A stretch of DNA of 64,000 bases from Nitrososphaeria archaeon (GCA_027078545.1 JALWXN010000004.1:992001-1056000), one strand, 5' to 3'; counted from the stretch's first letter, positions 8,668 to 19,404 are shown. Notes: a model not told the origin generated them from the sequence alone. Translations and numbers: made by a program.

Positions 8668-9951
8668 CTATCCATAGACGGTTATAGTCTCAACCATCTC
8701 CACACCCTTCATCTCCCTCCCCAGGAAGACGCCTAGGACGCCTAGGAGGTGGACCAGGGCGAAGAGTGTGAAGACGACGTACCAGTCCATACCTAGGAAC
8801 GGGACCACCGTAGCGCCTAGTATACCACCGATCCTACCGAAGAACCCAGCCCAGCTGGAGCCCAGGCCCCTTATATGGGTTGGGTACTGCTCAGGGGTAT
8901 AGGTGTATAGGGCTGCCCATGCACCCAGGTCGAAGAAGCTCAGTATTATCCCATATAGGTAAAGCTCGAATACGGTCCTGCTCGAGGCGAAGAGGAATGA
9001 GGAAAGGGCAGTCGCGGCTAGGTATATGCCTAGTACACGCCTCCTACCCACCCTGTCCACCAGGAGTACGGCGCTGAAGTAGCCGGGCAGCTGGGCAAGT
9101 GTGATGACCAGTAGGTAGGTGAACCTATTACCAGCTATATACTCCCCTATCTCGGGGGATATACTGCCCAGCATCGAGGGGAGCCATATGAAGATTCCGT
9201 AGTAGCCCATCGTTATGGAGAACCACGTTATCCATAGGCCTATCGACTCCCTTCGATACCTGGATAGGAGGAGCCTCACAGACTCGAGCCAGGAGAGCCT
9301 CCTCTCCTCAACCTCGGGGAGGGGCACCCCGTATAGGCTGGCCAGCCTAGAGGCCTCCTCCCTACGGCCAAGCATCTTTAGGAAGCGGAGTGACTCGGGG
9401 AGCCTGGCTATCGAGCCTAGGAATACGAGTAGTGAGAGGCCACCAGCTAGGAACATGTAGGGCCTCCACTCACCACTGGCGAAGACTGTGAAGTATGAGA
9501 GTATCAGGGCGGATAGCCAGCCCACCGCCCAGAAGCTCTCGACCAGGCTTATGTTACGCCCCCTATGCTCCGGGCTACTATACTCGGCCACGAGTGATGC
9601 TATTATGGGGAGCGCCCCACCAACACCGAAGCCTGTGGCCACCCTGAAGAGTATCAAGCTCTCCGCATTGGGTGCTAGGCCGGCTAGGAGGGTAGCTAGG
9701 GAGTGTATAGCCGCGTATATCCCTATGATCCTACGCCTCCCAACCCTGTCCGCTAGGAAGCCCGAGGTGAAGGCTCCTATAAGCATCCCTATGTTTGCAC
9801 CGCCACCTATGAGGCTCTTAATCAGTGGATCCTCGATGGATAGGCTGGTGATTATTGGGCGGAGGCTGAAGCTTATCACACCGACGTTCTGGGACGATAT
9901 GAGCCATAGCAGCCCCGCCAAGAATACTATCCTAAGCTCCCCCCTCATCAC
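8668..9951 (-). CDS. MFS transporter (NiaP/SV2-like subgroup)
   Basis: GFLADRVGRR motif A, EYSSPEHRG, PES, YTPEQYPT; about 12 TM. Confidence 0.88.
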   Translation of the reverse strand: MMRGELRIVFLAGLLWLISSQNVGVISFSLRPIITSLSIEDPLIKSLIGGGANIGMLIGAFTSGFLADRVGRRRIIGIYAAIHSLATLLAGLAPNAESLILFRVATGFGVGGALPIIASLVAEYSSPEHRGRNISLVESFWAVGWLSALILSYFTVFASGEWRPYMFLAGGLSLLVFLGSIARLPESLRFLKMLGRREEASRLASLYGVPLPEVEERRLSWLESVRLLLSRYRRESIGLWITWFSITMGYYGIFIWLPSMLGSISPEIGEYIAGNRFTYLLVITLAQLPGYFSAVLLVDRVGRRRVLGIYLAATALSSFLFASSRTVFELYLYGIILSFFDLGAWAALYTYTPEQYPTHIRGLGSSWAGFFGRIGGILGATVVPFLGMDWYVVFTLFALVHLLGVLGVFLGREMKGVEMVETITVYG

Positions 9952-10033
9952 CAGGTGAGCAATATACTATTCATAGCCTTAAAACCAAGGCTACACATAA
10001 ACACTACTCCAAACCCAGTATCACAGATGAGGG

Positions 10034-12187
10034 TCAGAGCCTCCGCATAGAGTTGATGAGAAGGCTCGTCACGCTGAGAACCATGAATATCATCGCCCAG
10101 TAGGGCTGTATAAGGCCTAGAGCAGCTAGGGGGATCCCAAGCCCATTATACATGAAGGCGACGAACAGGTTGGTCCTAGTCCTGCCATACATCCTCCTCG
10201 AGAGCCGGAAGAGCTCGACAAGCCTATCAAACCGGTCGCTGACTATCAATACATCACTATTCACAGCGGTTATGTCAGACCCTACACCGAACGCCACACC
10301 CACATCAGCCAGGGTCACCGACGGCGCATCGTTAAACCCATCACCCACCATGACCACCCTATACCCCCGTGCCTGTAGACCCCTGACTACCTCTGCCTTC
10401 TCACCAGGCCTTAGCCCTGCCATATACCAGTCCAGGTCAAGCCCACCAACCATCCTACGGGTATTCTCCTCAGAGTCCCCAGTTATGAGAGCTACTCCAG
10501 ACACGTATCCCCTCAGCTCGGCAATGGCTCTGGCAACATCATCCCTTAGGACGTCTGATAGGTGGATATAGCCGGCGAGGGAGCCATCGACGGCGGCATA
10601 AACCGTCCTAAAACCCTCCTCAGGAGGGTGGTCCACATCGATACCCATAGCCATCATCAACTCCCTACTCCCCACAGCTATGCGATGGCCATCCACCACC
10701 CCAGCAATACCCATCCCCGGTATGACCTCCACGTCACTTACCTCTCCACACTCTATCTCGCCCAGCCTGTCCAGGGCATAGCCGTAGATAGCCTCGGCAA
10801 CAGGGTGTCGGGAATAGCTCTCTAGACAGCCCACCAGCCTAAGCAGCTCCTCCTCATCAAAACCGTTGAGGGCCCCAAGCCCCGCCACCATCGGCCTACC
10901 AAGCGTCATTGTACCCGTCTTATCCAGGAGTAGGTATGGCCTCCCACTGAGGATCTCTATGGAGTCGCCATTCCTAATAAGGATCCCCCTCTCAGCAGCT
11001 ACTCCGGAGCCCCTAATGATAGCGAGGGGTATAGCCATGCCCAATGCACAGGGATAACCCATGACTAGGACCGTCATAAAGACGTATAGGGGCCTAACCC
11101 AGTCCAATCCCCGGCCCAGGATCAATGGAGCGATATCCCAGAGGACCAGCCCGGCCACCGCTGTGAAGAGGACGAAGGATATATACCTCTTCAATACACG
11201 GTCTAGGAGGCTCAGGATAGGTGGCTTAAGAGCCCTCGCCTCCCTGATATGCATGACTAGACGGTGGAGGAAGGAGTCTCTATACCTCCTCGACACCCTT
11301 ATCTCCACGGGGTCAGAGAGGTTGATGGAGCCCGAGACCACCTCATCCCCCCTATACTTATCCACAGGAAGCGGCTCACCAGTAACTATGCTCTCATCGA
11401 CCGATGCATAGCTACTTAGCAGTATCCCATCAAGGGGTATAGACTCACCCCTATCCACTATAACCACTTCACCCGGCTCCACATCCTCAACATCGACATA
11501 TCTTACTGCTCCACCCCTCCTGACCCTAACTACTCGGGGACGATACCTCAGAAGCCTCCCAACAGCCTCTTCAGACTTCTTCCTAACATATGATGCCGAG
11601 TATCCACCCAGCAAGTGATAAGTAGTCACGAATGAAGCGACACCGAAGAAGTCTCCCGGTGGGTAGAGGCCAGTCAATAGACCAATAACACCACCTAGGA
11701 GCCCAGACAAACCTGTTAGAAACATGAGTACATGCTGATTAAGGATTCCCCTGCGTAGTGAGTTGATGGATATAGCTATATACTCCCTACCCAGGAATAG
11801 GAAGTTAGCCCCTGCTATCAGGCCCATAGCCAATGCTGCCTCTCTACCCAGTGTGCCGAGCCACATACCCAGCATAAACAGTCCTGCGACTAGTGAGAGC
11901 ATAGTTGATAGGAGTAGACGTCTCCTAAGAATCCTGTATACCTTCTCATAATCAGGGGATTCATCAACATCTCTAAGCCTATATCCCAGGCCCTCTAGCA
12001 AAGCCTCTATCTCGGATTCATCTACCCTATCAGGGTCATACCTAATGTAGATCTCCTCATGGGCGATACTGACATTATACTCCCACACACCCTCTATACG
12101 GGAGAGGGCATCCTCAATATTCGAGACGCAGAAGGAGCAGTGCAGCCCCTCGATCCTCCTGTGTAGAACCCTCTCCCTACTATTCAC
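10034..12187 (-). CDS. copA: P1B-type heavy-metal (Cu+) exporting ATPase
   Basis: N-terminal HCSFC HMA domain, TGEP, YPCALG, DKTGT, HP, GDGFND, YN and MxxS TM ligands. Confidence 0.9.
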   Translation of the reverse strand: MNSRERVLHRRIEGLHCSFCVSNIEDALSRIEGVWEYNVSIAHEEIYIRYDPDRVDESEIEALLEGLGYRLRDVDESPDYEKVYRILRRRLLLSTMLSLVAGLFMLGMWLGTLGREAALAMGLIAGANFLFLGREYIAISINSLRRGILNQHVLMFLTGLSGLLGGVIGLLTGLYPPGDFFGVASFVTTYHLLGGYSASYVRKKSEEAVGRLLRYRPRVVRVRRGGAVRYVDVEDVEPGEVVIVDRGESIPLDGILLSSYASVDESIVTGEPLPVDKYRGDEVVSGSINLSDPVEIRVSRRYRDSFLHRLVMHIREARALKPPILSLLDRVLKRYISFVLFTAVAGLVLWDIAPLILGRGLDWVRPLYVFMTVLVMGYPCALGMAIPLAIIRGSGVAAERGILIRNGDSIEILSGRPYLLLDKTGTMTLGRPMVAGLGALNGFDEEELLRLVGCLESYSRHPVAEAIYGYALDRLGEIECGEVSDVEVIPGMGIAGVVDGHRIAVGSRELMMAMGIDVDHPPEEGFRTVYAAVDGSLAGYIHLSDVLRDDVARAIAELRGYVSGVALITGDSEENTRRMVGGLDLDWYMAGLRPGEKAEVVRGLQARGYRVVMVGDGFNDAPSVTLADVGVAFGVGSDITAVNSDVLIVSDRFDRLVELFRLSRRMYGRTRTNLFVAFMYNGLGIPLAALGLIQPYWAMIFMVLSVTSLLINSMRRL

Positions 12188-12227
12188 AAGTTATAATTCA
12201 TGGAGGACCACTACAAATATATTTGTA

Positions 12228-12437
12228 TCAGTCCTCCGGACTAAAGCCGAGATCCCTGATAGCCCTTATCAGATCCTCCCTCGATACCTTATCAGGATCG
12301 TATCTAACGACTACGCGTTTATCATTAATAAGGACACGTATATCCAAGACCCCATCTAAACTCGATAGTGAGCTCTCTATACTCGCTGCACAGGCCTCAC
12401 AATGTATATCCCCGACCCTTATTGAGACCAGCCTCAA
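12228..12437 (-). CDS. copZ: Copper chaperone / HMA domain protein
   Basis: IHCEAC motif, 69 aa, directly upstream of copA. Confidence 0.88.
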   Translation of the reverse strand: MRLVSIRVGDIHCEACAASIESSLSSLDGVLDIRVLINDKRVVVRYDPDKVSREDLIRAIRDLGFSPED

Positions 12438-12567
12438 TGCGGATCCCCATACCCCCGATAATATGGATGCTGACGGCCATCAAGGTATATAGACATTTAT
12501 ATTAGACCCATGATGAGTGTCCTAGTATATACCGTGTATCGCCCGTAGAGGCTGGAGGTGTGCCGAG

Positions 12568-13953
12568 ATAGTCTATGACATACCCGGGCCCAAGTCTAGA
12601 GAGTATCAGGAGAGGCTTAAGAAGGTCGCCCCAGGAGGACTGAACCCCAAGTACCTAGAGCTCCTAGAGGCCATGGCCTCCTTCATAACAGGAGGGGCAG
12701 ACCTATTCCACGTATATGACGTCGATGGGAACAAATACGTAGACTTTACCAGTGGATGGGCATCCAACAATGTCGGGAACATCCATCCAGAGGTGCTGGA
12801 CGCTGTCATAGCCGCTCTTAAAAAGTATGGCTTTATATATTATCACCCCTTAGCGATTGAGTTGGCAGAGAAGCTTGTCGAGATAACCCCACCCAACCTT
12901 ACTAGAGTCTCCATGGAGGTATCAGGTACAGAGGCTGCTGAGGCAGCTGTCTCATATATAATAACAGCATCGAAAAGACCCCACATCATCAGCTTCTTAG
13001 GTTCATACCACGGCGACAGTATAGGTGCCAGGATGATAGGAGCGCATGATGCGGCTAGGAAGAAGTATTTCGAGGGTATGGATGGCGGTGGAGTCATATT
13101 CATACCCTACCCCAGGAATTATAAGCTACCCCCTGGGATGAGCCAGGACGATTTCGCCAGGCTCATACTATGGTACCTAGACGAGTTCATCCTGGAGCAT
13201 ATAGCTGAGCCGGACAGGATAGCCGGGATACTCTATGAGCCCATGATGGCCGAGGGTGGAAACTTCATCCCACCCAAGTTCTTCGCCAAGAAGCTTATGG
13301 AGATGGCTAGGAAGTATAACTGGTTCGTAATAGCGGACGAGGTCTTGACGGGCTTCGGGAGGACGGGTAAGTTCTGGGCCTTCGAACACTACGATATAGA
13401 GCCAGACGTCGTGGTTACAGCTAAGGGCCTGACAGGCGGGTTGATACCTATCGGGGCAGTTGTCCTAAGCGATGAGGTAGCAGGTAGCGAGAGGGCATAC
13501 TCCGGAAGCACCTTCGCGGGGAGCCCAGCGGGATGCGCCGCTGCCCTCAAGACGATAGAAATCATCTACAGGGACAATCTCCTGGAGAAGGTTACAAAGT
13601 ATGGGGAGGAGGCCCTTAAATACATGAGTGAGTGGCCCGAGAAGTATGAGATAATCGTGGATAGCAGGGGCATAGGCTACTTCCTAGCCACGTCGATCGA
13701 GACCGGTAGGGGTGATGAGGCCGATATCGAGCTGGCCAAGAGGATATTCATAGAGGCTAAACGCTTCGGGGTATGGACGATATGGGATGATGAGCCCCAT
13801 ATAAGGATCTACCCACCCCTCAACATGGAGCTAGACCTACTCCTAGACGGGCTGGAGAAGCTTGAGAAGGCCATCGCGAAGGTCGAGAAGGATCTCAAGG
13901 AGGGCTTGATAACCCTGCCCGAGAAGAGGCAGACCATAGAGTTCTTCGAGTAG
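12568..13953 (+). CDS. Class III PLP-dependent aminotransferase (probable ATA start; first ATG at 12673)
   Basis: DVDGNKYVDF, SGTEA, YHG, EP...EGG, DEVLTGFGRTG, AKG; the frame extends upstream through IPGPKS. Confidence 0.85.
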   Translation: MVYDIPGPKSREYQERLKKVAPGGLNPKYLELLEAMASFITGGADLFHVYDVDGNKYVDFTSGWASNNVGNIHPEVLDAVIAALKKYGFIYYHPLAIELAEKLVEITPPNLTRVSMEVSGTEAAEAAVSYIITASKRPHIISFLGSYHGDSIGARMIGAHDAARKKYFEGMDGGGVIFIPYPRNYKLPPGMSQDDFARLILWYLDEFILEHIAEPDRIAGILYEPMMAEGGNFIPPKFFAKKLMEMARKYNWFVIADEVLTGFGRTGKFWAFEHYDIEPDVVVTAKGLTGGLIPIGAVVLSDEVAGSERAYSGSTFAGSPAGCAAALKTIEIIYRDNLLEKVTKYGEEALKYMSEWPEKYEIIVDSRGIGYFLATSIETGRGDEADIELAKRIFIEAKRFGVWTIWDDEPHIRIYPPLNMELDLLLDGLEKLEKAIAKVEKDLKEGLITLPEKRQTIEFFE

Positions 13954-13962
13954 ACCCCCTTT

Positions 13963-14916
13963 TTATCTACCCCTCTCAACAACCAGCCTCCTCACATACT
14001 CAATCCTTCTACAGGCTGAGCAGACCTCCCCAGAGGATGGGCCGCCACAGACCCTACAAACCCTATACTCAACCGGCTCACCCACCTCCTCAACCCTATC
14101 CAGGAGTGGGATAAGCTTCTTCATGAAGCTCCCGAAGAGCTGGAACTTTATCATCGGCTCCCTCTCCTCCCAGAGTCTAAGTATCTCCTTCCTCCTGAGG
14201 CTACGGGCGTCGTCGGCGAAGGGGCAGTCGATCCTCTTGACGGGTAGGCCGTTGAACATAACGTAGAGAAGCACCTCATACTCAGGGGTATCGATGAGGG
14301 GCTTGACCTTCCAATAATTGTTTGGAGGGGATGGGGGGAGCACAGGCCTAAGCCTCTTTATAGACTCGTAGTCCCCAGCTATGAACGCGTTCAGCATGAC
14401 CTCAAGGGTATCGTCAAGGTTATGGCCAGTGGCAAGAATATCTACACCGAGCTCCCTAGCAGCCTTTGATAATGCCCACCTCCTAATAGTGCCACAGGTC
14501 GCACATATCTTCCTACCATACTTGGTCTTCTTAACATCAGGTATCGTTATCCCGATCTCCTCGCTATACCTAAATACGTGGAGCTCCACATCGAGGGACT
14601 CGGCCAGCTCCCTAGCCGCCCGGAGGCTATCCTCGCTATAGTCGTAGATACCGTGGTGCAGATGGATAGCTATATACCTCTTATCCGGGAAGTGCTTCTT
14701 CAGGACGGTTAGGAGGGCCGTGCTATCCTTACCCCCTGAGAGGCCTATACCTACATAGTCTCCACGGCTAAGCATCCTATACTTCTCCACAGTCTTGACT
14801 ATCCGGTTCTCGAAGAACTTGTTGAAACAGTCTAGGCATAGATACTGCCTCATGTAGCGGATATATATCTCCGCATCCCTAACCCTACACCTACTACACT
14901 TGACAGGCATCTCCAT
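13963..14916 (-). CDS. ttuA: tRNA 2-thiouridine synthetase TtuA/Ncs6 (TIGR00269-like)
   Basis: Two Zn fingers, PP-loop SGGKDS, CATC, GHNLDD, KPL, CP. Confidence 0.88.
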   Translation of the reverse strand: MEMPVKCSRCRVRDAEIYIRYMRQYLCLDCFNKFFENRIVKTVEKYRMLSRGDYVGIGLSGGKDSTALLTVLKKHFPDKRYIAIHLHHGIYDYSEDSLRAARELAESLDVELHVFRYSEEIGITIPDVKKTKYGRKICATCGTIRRWALSKAARELGVDILATGHNLDDTLEVMLNAFIAGDYESIKRLRPVLPPSPPNNYWKVKPLIDTPEYEVLLYVMFNGLPVKRIDCPFADDARSLRRKEILRLWEEREPMIKFQLFGSFMKKLIPLLDRVEEVGEPVEYRVCRVCGGPSSGEVCSACRRIEYVRRLVVERGR

Positions 14917-14954
14917 AAATCTTAAGAGGTGGGGAGATATAAGGTGAGGACACT

Positions 14955-17900
14955 CTAGACCTGCCTAACCCCTATTACATACCTCTCCCCCGAGATCTCC
15001 CACTCCCTAGTATAGTGGTCCTGAGGTATCTCGAGGCCAGGCCCAATCACGAGGCTCTTTGCACGAGTCTCATTCGAGATGTATCCGCTATGCTCCCTAA
15101 GCATCTCGGCAGCCTCCTCGTCAGGGGTCGAGACATACACCGATACATAGGCCGATATCGGTAGATCCATCTCCTTCCTCATGGCCTGTATCCTCCTAAC
15201 AACATCCCTGGCGAGGCCCATAGCCAGCTCCTCACGGGAGACCTCCCTATCAAGGACGAGGACCCCATGTGGGAAGCTCCTCACCACGTATCTAGGGTCT
15301 GGCTCCTCCAGGACCTCCACCATATCCCTGGTTACCCTATACTCCCTATCATCGACCACCACTACGTAGTGGCCCAGCTCCTCAAGAGCCTTTAAAGCCT
15401 CCTCGCCACCCTCCTCAAGAGCTCTAGCAACCTTAGAGGCGTCGGCCTTGAAGACGGGGCCCAACACCCTCATGACCGGCCTGACCCTCCTCACCATGAA
15501 CCTTCCCTGCTCGGAAGTGGGTAGGACCATGACCTCCTTAACATTGAGCTGGCTCCTGAGGACGTCTCTAAACACCTCCACAGCCTCCCTCATACCCGGG
15601 TCGTCACTGAGTATGTATATCCTCTTCACCGGGATCCTGAACTTCAGGCCGGCCTCCATCCTGGCGGCTCCACCTGCCTCCAACACCTCGTCTATATAGT
15701 TCATCAGCTCCTCGAGACGCGTATCTATAAGCTCCTCATCAGGGTCTGGCAACATGTCTAGGTGGATACTCTCAGACCCATCGGCCAATGCTGGGAGAAA
15801 CATATCCCTATAGATCTTCTCCGTTAGGAAGGGTGTTATCGGGGAGAGCATGAGTAGGAGTCGGTATAGGACGTAGTAGAGAACCGCGTAGGCACTGAGC
15901 TTAGCCGGGTCATCACCCTCTAGCCACGTCCTCCACCTAACCAGCCTTATATACAGCCTACTGAGATCCTCGACGAAGAAGTCCCTAAGAGTCCTGAGGG
16001 CCTCATGGATGAATGCCCTATCCATAGCCCTTAGATACTCCTTGAGCACGGTGTTTACCCTGCTCAGTATCCACCTATCCTCAGGCCTCAAAACCTCGAG
16101 ATACTTCTCCAGGGGATGCTCGTCATACCTATAGCGGTCAAGGTTCATATACATCGAGGCGAAGAGGTAGATGTTCCAGAGTATATTGAGGTCCTTAAGG
16201 CTATGCTCAAGCTTCGCCCAGGAGAACTTGAGATCCTCCCAGATCGTGTACTGTAGTAGTGTATAGCGGAGTATATCCCTTCCAAACCTATCCACCACCT
16301 CGGTGGGGGAGACATAGTTACCCAGGCTCTTATGCATCTCCCTACCCTTCTCATCCAGTACGAAGCCGTGGATCTGTAGCCTCTTATAGGGAGACTCGTC
16401 GAACCCTATGACCCCGGCCCTCAACAGGCTGAAGAACCAGCCCCTAATCTGGTCATGACCCTCTGTTATGAAGTCGACTGGGTAGAGGGTCTTGAAGGGC
16501 TCCTCCCTCATGGGGTAGGAGAGACTCGCGTAGAAGGCGACTCCACTATCGAACCACACGTCCAGGACATCGGGGACACGCTCCATAACCCCTCCACATC
16601 TACACCTAAGCTTCACCCTGTCTATCCAGGGCCTATGGAGGTCTTCAAGGCTACCCTCGACCATACGCTCCTCTATCTCACCCCTGGATCCTATCACGAC
16701 ATAGTCTCCACAATCCCTACAGACCCAGACAGGTATGGGAATACCCCAATACCTCTGCCTAGATATGACCCAGTCCCTAAGCTCCGTCAACCAGTTCCTA
16801 AACCTCTCGACGCCCCAGGCTGGGGTTATATCTACATCCTCAATAGCCCTGAGGAGATCATCCCTAATCCTCGTAACCCTTATGAACCACTGCTCCGTAG
16901 CCCGTATGATCAGCCTACTCTTACATCTCCAGCAGACCGGGTATTTATGGACTATACTCTCCCTCTTGAAGAGGTATCCATCCCTCTCGAGATCCCCTAT
17001 GATCTCCTCATTAGCCTCGAAGACATTCATCCCGGCATACTTGCCGACCTCCTCCCTATACACTCCACGCTCATCGACGGGCGACACGACTGGGAAGCCC
17101 CTAGACCTACCCACCGAGAAGTCCTCCTCACCATGCCCAGGGGCGGCGTGTACAAGGCCTGTACCCTCCTCCCTAGAGACATGCTCAGCGGTCGTCACGA
17201 CTACATGGTAGTCATCCAGCCCCTCCTGGAGCTTCACATACCTCCTCAGGGGATGGATATACCTAAGCCCCTCAAGCTCCCTACCAGGGAACCTCCTGAG
17301 AACCCTATACTCCTTATCACCCATCACGGCCTCGAGCCGGGCCTCCATCAGTATAAGCCTCTCACCCTCGACCTCCACCTCGACATACGTCTCGTCGGGA
17401 TGGGCCATGACGAAGACGTTGGCGGGGAGTGTCCATGGAGTAGTCGTCCATACAAGGAGGCTAGCGCCACCATCCCTCAGGGGGAAGCGTACATAGATCG
17501 AGGGGTCCTTCAGATCCTTATACTCGGAGACCTCATAGTCCGAGAGGACGGTCTCACACCGGGGGCACCACCAGACGATGCCTAGATCCCTCGTCAGGAG
17601 CCCCTTCTCATGGGCCTTCTTAATCAGCCACCAGGAAGACTCTATATACTCGTTCCTAAGGGTGTAGTATGGGTTCTCCCAGTCCATACTGACCCCGAGG
17701 TCCCAGAAATGCCTACTCATACTCCTCGAGTTCTCAATAGCAAGTCTCTTACACTCCTCTATGAAGCGCTCAACCCCCACCTTCTCCTCGATCTCCCGCT
17801 TATTCGAGATCCCCAGCCTCTTCTCAGTAGCCACCTCGATCGGGAGGCCATGCGTATCATAACCGGGCTGGTCCCAGACCCAGTACCCCCTCATCCTCCT

Positions 17901-18131
17901 ATACCTGATCACAGCATCCTTCATAGACTTGTTCCAAGCCGTACCGATGTGGGGAACGTCGCTCGAGGGGTATGGAGGCCCGTCTAGGAAGTAGTATTTA
18001 GGGCCTCGCCGGGACCGGGCCTTCTCATATATCCTAGCCTCCTCCCAGAACCTGAGTATATCCTCCTCAAAGGATTTTGGCGAGTATCTACGCTCGAGAC
18101 TACCTATGTATCGATCCTCATCACCAGCCAT
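14955..18131 (-). CDS. ileS: Isoleucine--tRNA ligase (archaeal/type 2)
   Basis: DGPPY, HIGT, WTTTPWTLP, DWVISRQRYWG, EGHDQIRGWF, EMHKS. Confidence 0.97.
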   Translation of the reverse strand: MAGDEDRYIGSLERRYSPKSFEEDILRFWEEARIYEKARSRRGPKYYFLDGPPYPSSDVPHIGTAWNKSMKDAVIRYRRMRGYWVWDQPGYDTHGLPIEVATEKRLGISNKREIEEKVGVERFIEECKRLAIENSRSMSRHFWDLGVSMDWENPYYTLRNEYIESSWWLIKKAHEKGLLTRDLGIVWWCPRCETVLSDYEVSEYKDLKDPSIYVRFPLRDGGASLLVWTTTPWTLPANVFVMAHPDETYVEVEVEGERLILMEARLEAVMGDKEYRVLRRFPGRELEGLRYIHPLRRYVKLQEGLDDYHVVVTTAEHVSREEGTGLVHAAPGHGEEDFSVGRSRGFPVVSPVDERGVYREEVGKYAGMNVFEANEEIIGDLERDGYLFKRESIVHKYPVCWRCKSRLIIRATEQWFIRVTRIRDDLLRAIEDVDITPAWGVERFRNWLTELRDWVISRQRYWGIPIPVWVCRDCGDYVVIGSRGEIEERMVEGSLEDLHRPWIDRVKLRCRCGGVMERVPDVLDVWFDSGVAFYASLSYPMREEPFKTLYPVDFITEGHDQIRGWFFSLLRAGVIGFDESPYKRLQIHGFVLDEKGREMHKSLGNYVSPTEVVDRFGRDILRYTLLQYTIWEDLKFSWAKLEHSLKDLNILWNIYLFASMYMNLDRYRYDEHPLEKYLEVLRPEDRWILSRVNTVLKEYLRAMDRAFIHEALRTLRDFFVEDLSRLYIRLVRWRTWLEGDDPAKLSAYAVLYYVLYRLLLMLSPITPFLTEKIYRDMFLPALADGSESIHLDMLPDPDEELIDTRLEELMNYIDEVLEAGGAARMEAGLKFRIPVKRIYILSDDPGMREAVEVFRDVLRSQLNVKEVMVLPTSEQGRFMVRRVRPVMRVLGPVFKADASKVARALEEGGEEALKALEELGHYVVVVDDREYRVTRDMVEVLEEPDPRYVVRSFPHGVLVLDREVSREELAMGLARDVVRRIQAMRKEMDLPISAYVSVYVSTPDEEAAEMLREHSGYISNETRAKSLVIGPGLEIPQDHYTREWEISGERYVIGVRQV

Positions 18132-18254
18132 ATATAATTGTTTCTAGGCCCAGGCGTTATTAACCCCCAACATTTGAACGGGCATTATGAACGGGGTGTA
18201 CACATCTGGGGCTATCCCTGTAAATCACGGGTAAACAGTGTTAACCACGGTTTA

Positions 18255-18974
18255 CTATGGCGAGACCGAGATGTATATCCTCCTATTCCTCCTACCCTTA
18301 CTCTCATACTTAAGGAAGACTATCTCCCCGATCTCCCTGGTATTCTTGACATGTGTACCCCCATCGAACTGGATATCGATATCCCCTATCTTAACCACCC
18401 TGAGGGGGCCCTTCATATACTTCTCATACTTGCTGAAGTCCGCAACCCTGAAGAGATGCTTCATCTTCAATGCCTCCTCGGGGGAGACGAAGAATACCTC
18501 CACCTCATGACCCTTCCTAGCCAGCTTGTTAGCCTCATCCACGATCTCCATCGCATACTCCTTATTCATCTCCTCGGCGGGGAAGTCTATCCTGGCACGG
18601 TCCTCATAGATCTGGCTACCCGTTATGAGTACGCCGAGCCTCTCATACATCACAGCGCTTATCACGTGGAGAGACGTATGGAGCCTCATTATCCTATACC
18701 TCCTCTCCCAATCGATCTCGAGCTCTACAGCCTCACCAACCTCTGGCAATCCATCCTCAGCCACATGGTAGACTAGTGAGCCCTCCCTATACGCCCTGAC
18801 TATCCTATGCTCAGAGCCTCCCCACCTAGCCAGACCCGTGTCGTGGGGCTGCCCACCCCCACCCGGGTAGAATACTGTCTTATCCGTGGCGAAGCCATCC
18901 TCACTCCTCGCTATAACCTCTGCCTCCACCCTCCTGGCATAGGAGTCTCTCCAGTATATCGGGTCGGTCTCCAT
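18255..18974 (-). CDS. alaX: Alanyl-tRNA editing protein AlaX-M
   Basis: TVFYPGGGGQPHD, HTSLH, DGGTHV; start reassigned to METDP. Confidence 0.9.
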   Translation of the reverse strand: METDPIYWRDSYARRVEAEVIARSEDGFATDKTVFYPGGGGQPHDTGLARWGGSEHRIVRAYREGSLVYHVAEDGLPEVGEAVELEIDWERRYRIMRLHTSLHVISAVMYERLGVLITGSQIYEDRARIDFPAEEMNKEYAMEIVDEANKLARKGHEVEVFFVSPEEALKMKHLFRVADFSKYEKYMKGPLRVVKIGDIDIQFDGGTHVKNTREIGEIVFLKYESKGRRNRRIYISVSP

Positions 18975-19026
18975 ATCAATAATGGATGGGGCTGCAGCCC
19001 CTATATCTATTACAGGTGTCCAGCGC

Positions 19027-19404
19027 ATGACAGCTAGGAGGAGGGCTGAGAAGATCGTAGAGTCCATACGGGATAGGGCCGAGGTAGTGAGGATCGTCGG
19101 CGACAAAAGGGGCAGGGCCTACGTAAAGACAGGGCTATCCATGGAAGATGCTAAACAGATAGTAGAGGATGTACTGGGGAGGGTGGAGGAGGGTGAGGTG
19201 GTCAAGATGAGTGTAGATAGGGGCGTATTCATCGACATGGGTAGTGAGACCGTCGAGATAACCGGGGGAGCCATATACGAGTACTACGACTACCCAACAT
19301 CCTCACACCTATACCTTAGGCTCCTCAGGCTGAGGTATCTAGGGAGGGAGTGGACAGCGGTCTATATAGACTGGGACATAGACTCACCCTGGTGGAGCGA
19401 CTAG
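19027..19404 (+). CDS. Hypothetical protein
   Basis: Open frame with typical codon usage between alaX and amrS; no motif recognised. Confidence 0.65.
   Translation: MTARRRAEKIVESIRDRAEVVRIVGDKRGRAYVKTGLSMEDAKQIVEDVLGRVEEGEVVKMSVDRGVFIDMGSETVEITGGAIYEYYDYPTSSHLYLRLLRLRYLGREWTAVYIDWDIDSPWWSD

Noticed and set aside
12508-12566. ATGATGA box-C-like word upstream of the aminotransferase
   Set aside because: No convincing D'/C'/D boxes or terminal stem, and no recognisable guide target
16455-17585. 376-aa plus-strand ORF and the many other antisense ORFs in the track
   Set aside because: Shadow frames of well-supported genes (here ileS); Pro/Leu/Ser-rich composition, no motifs
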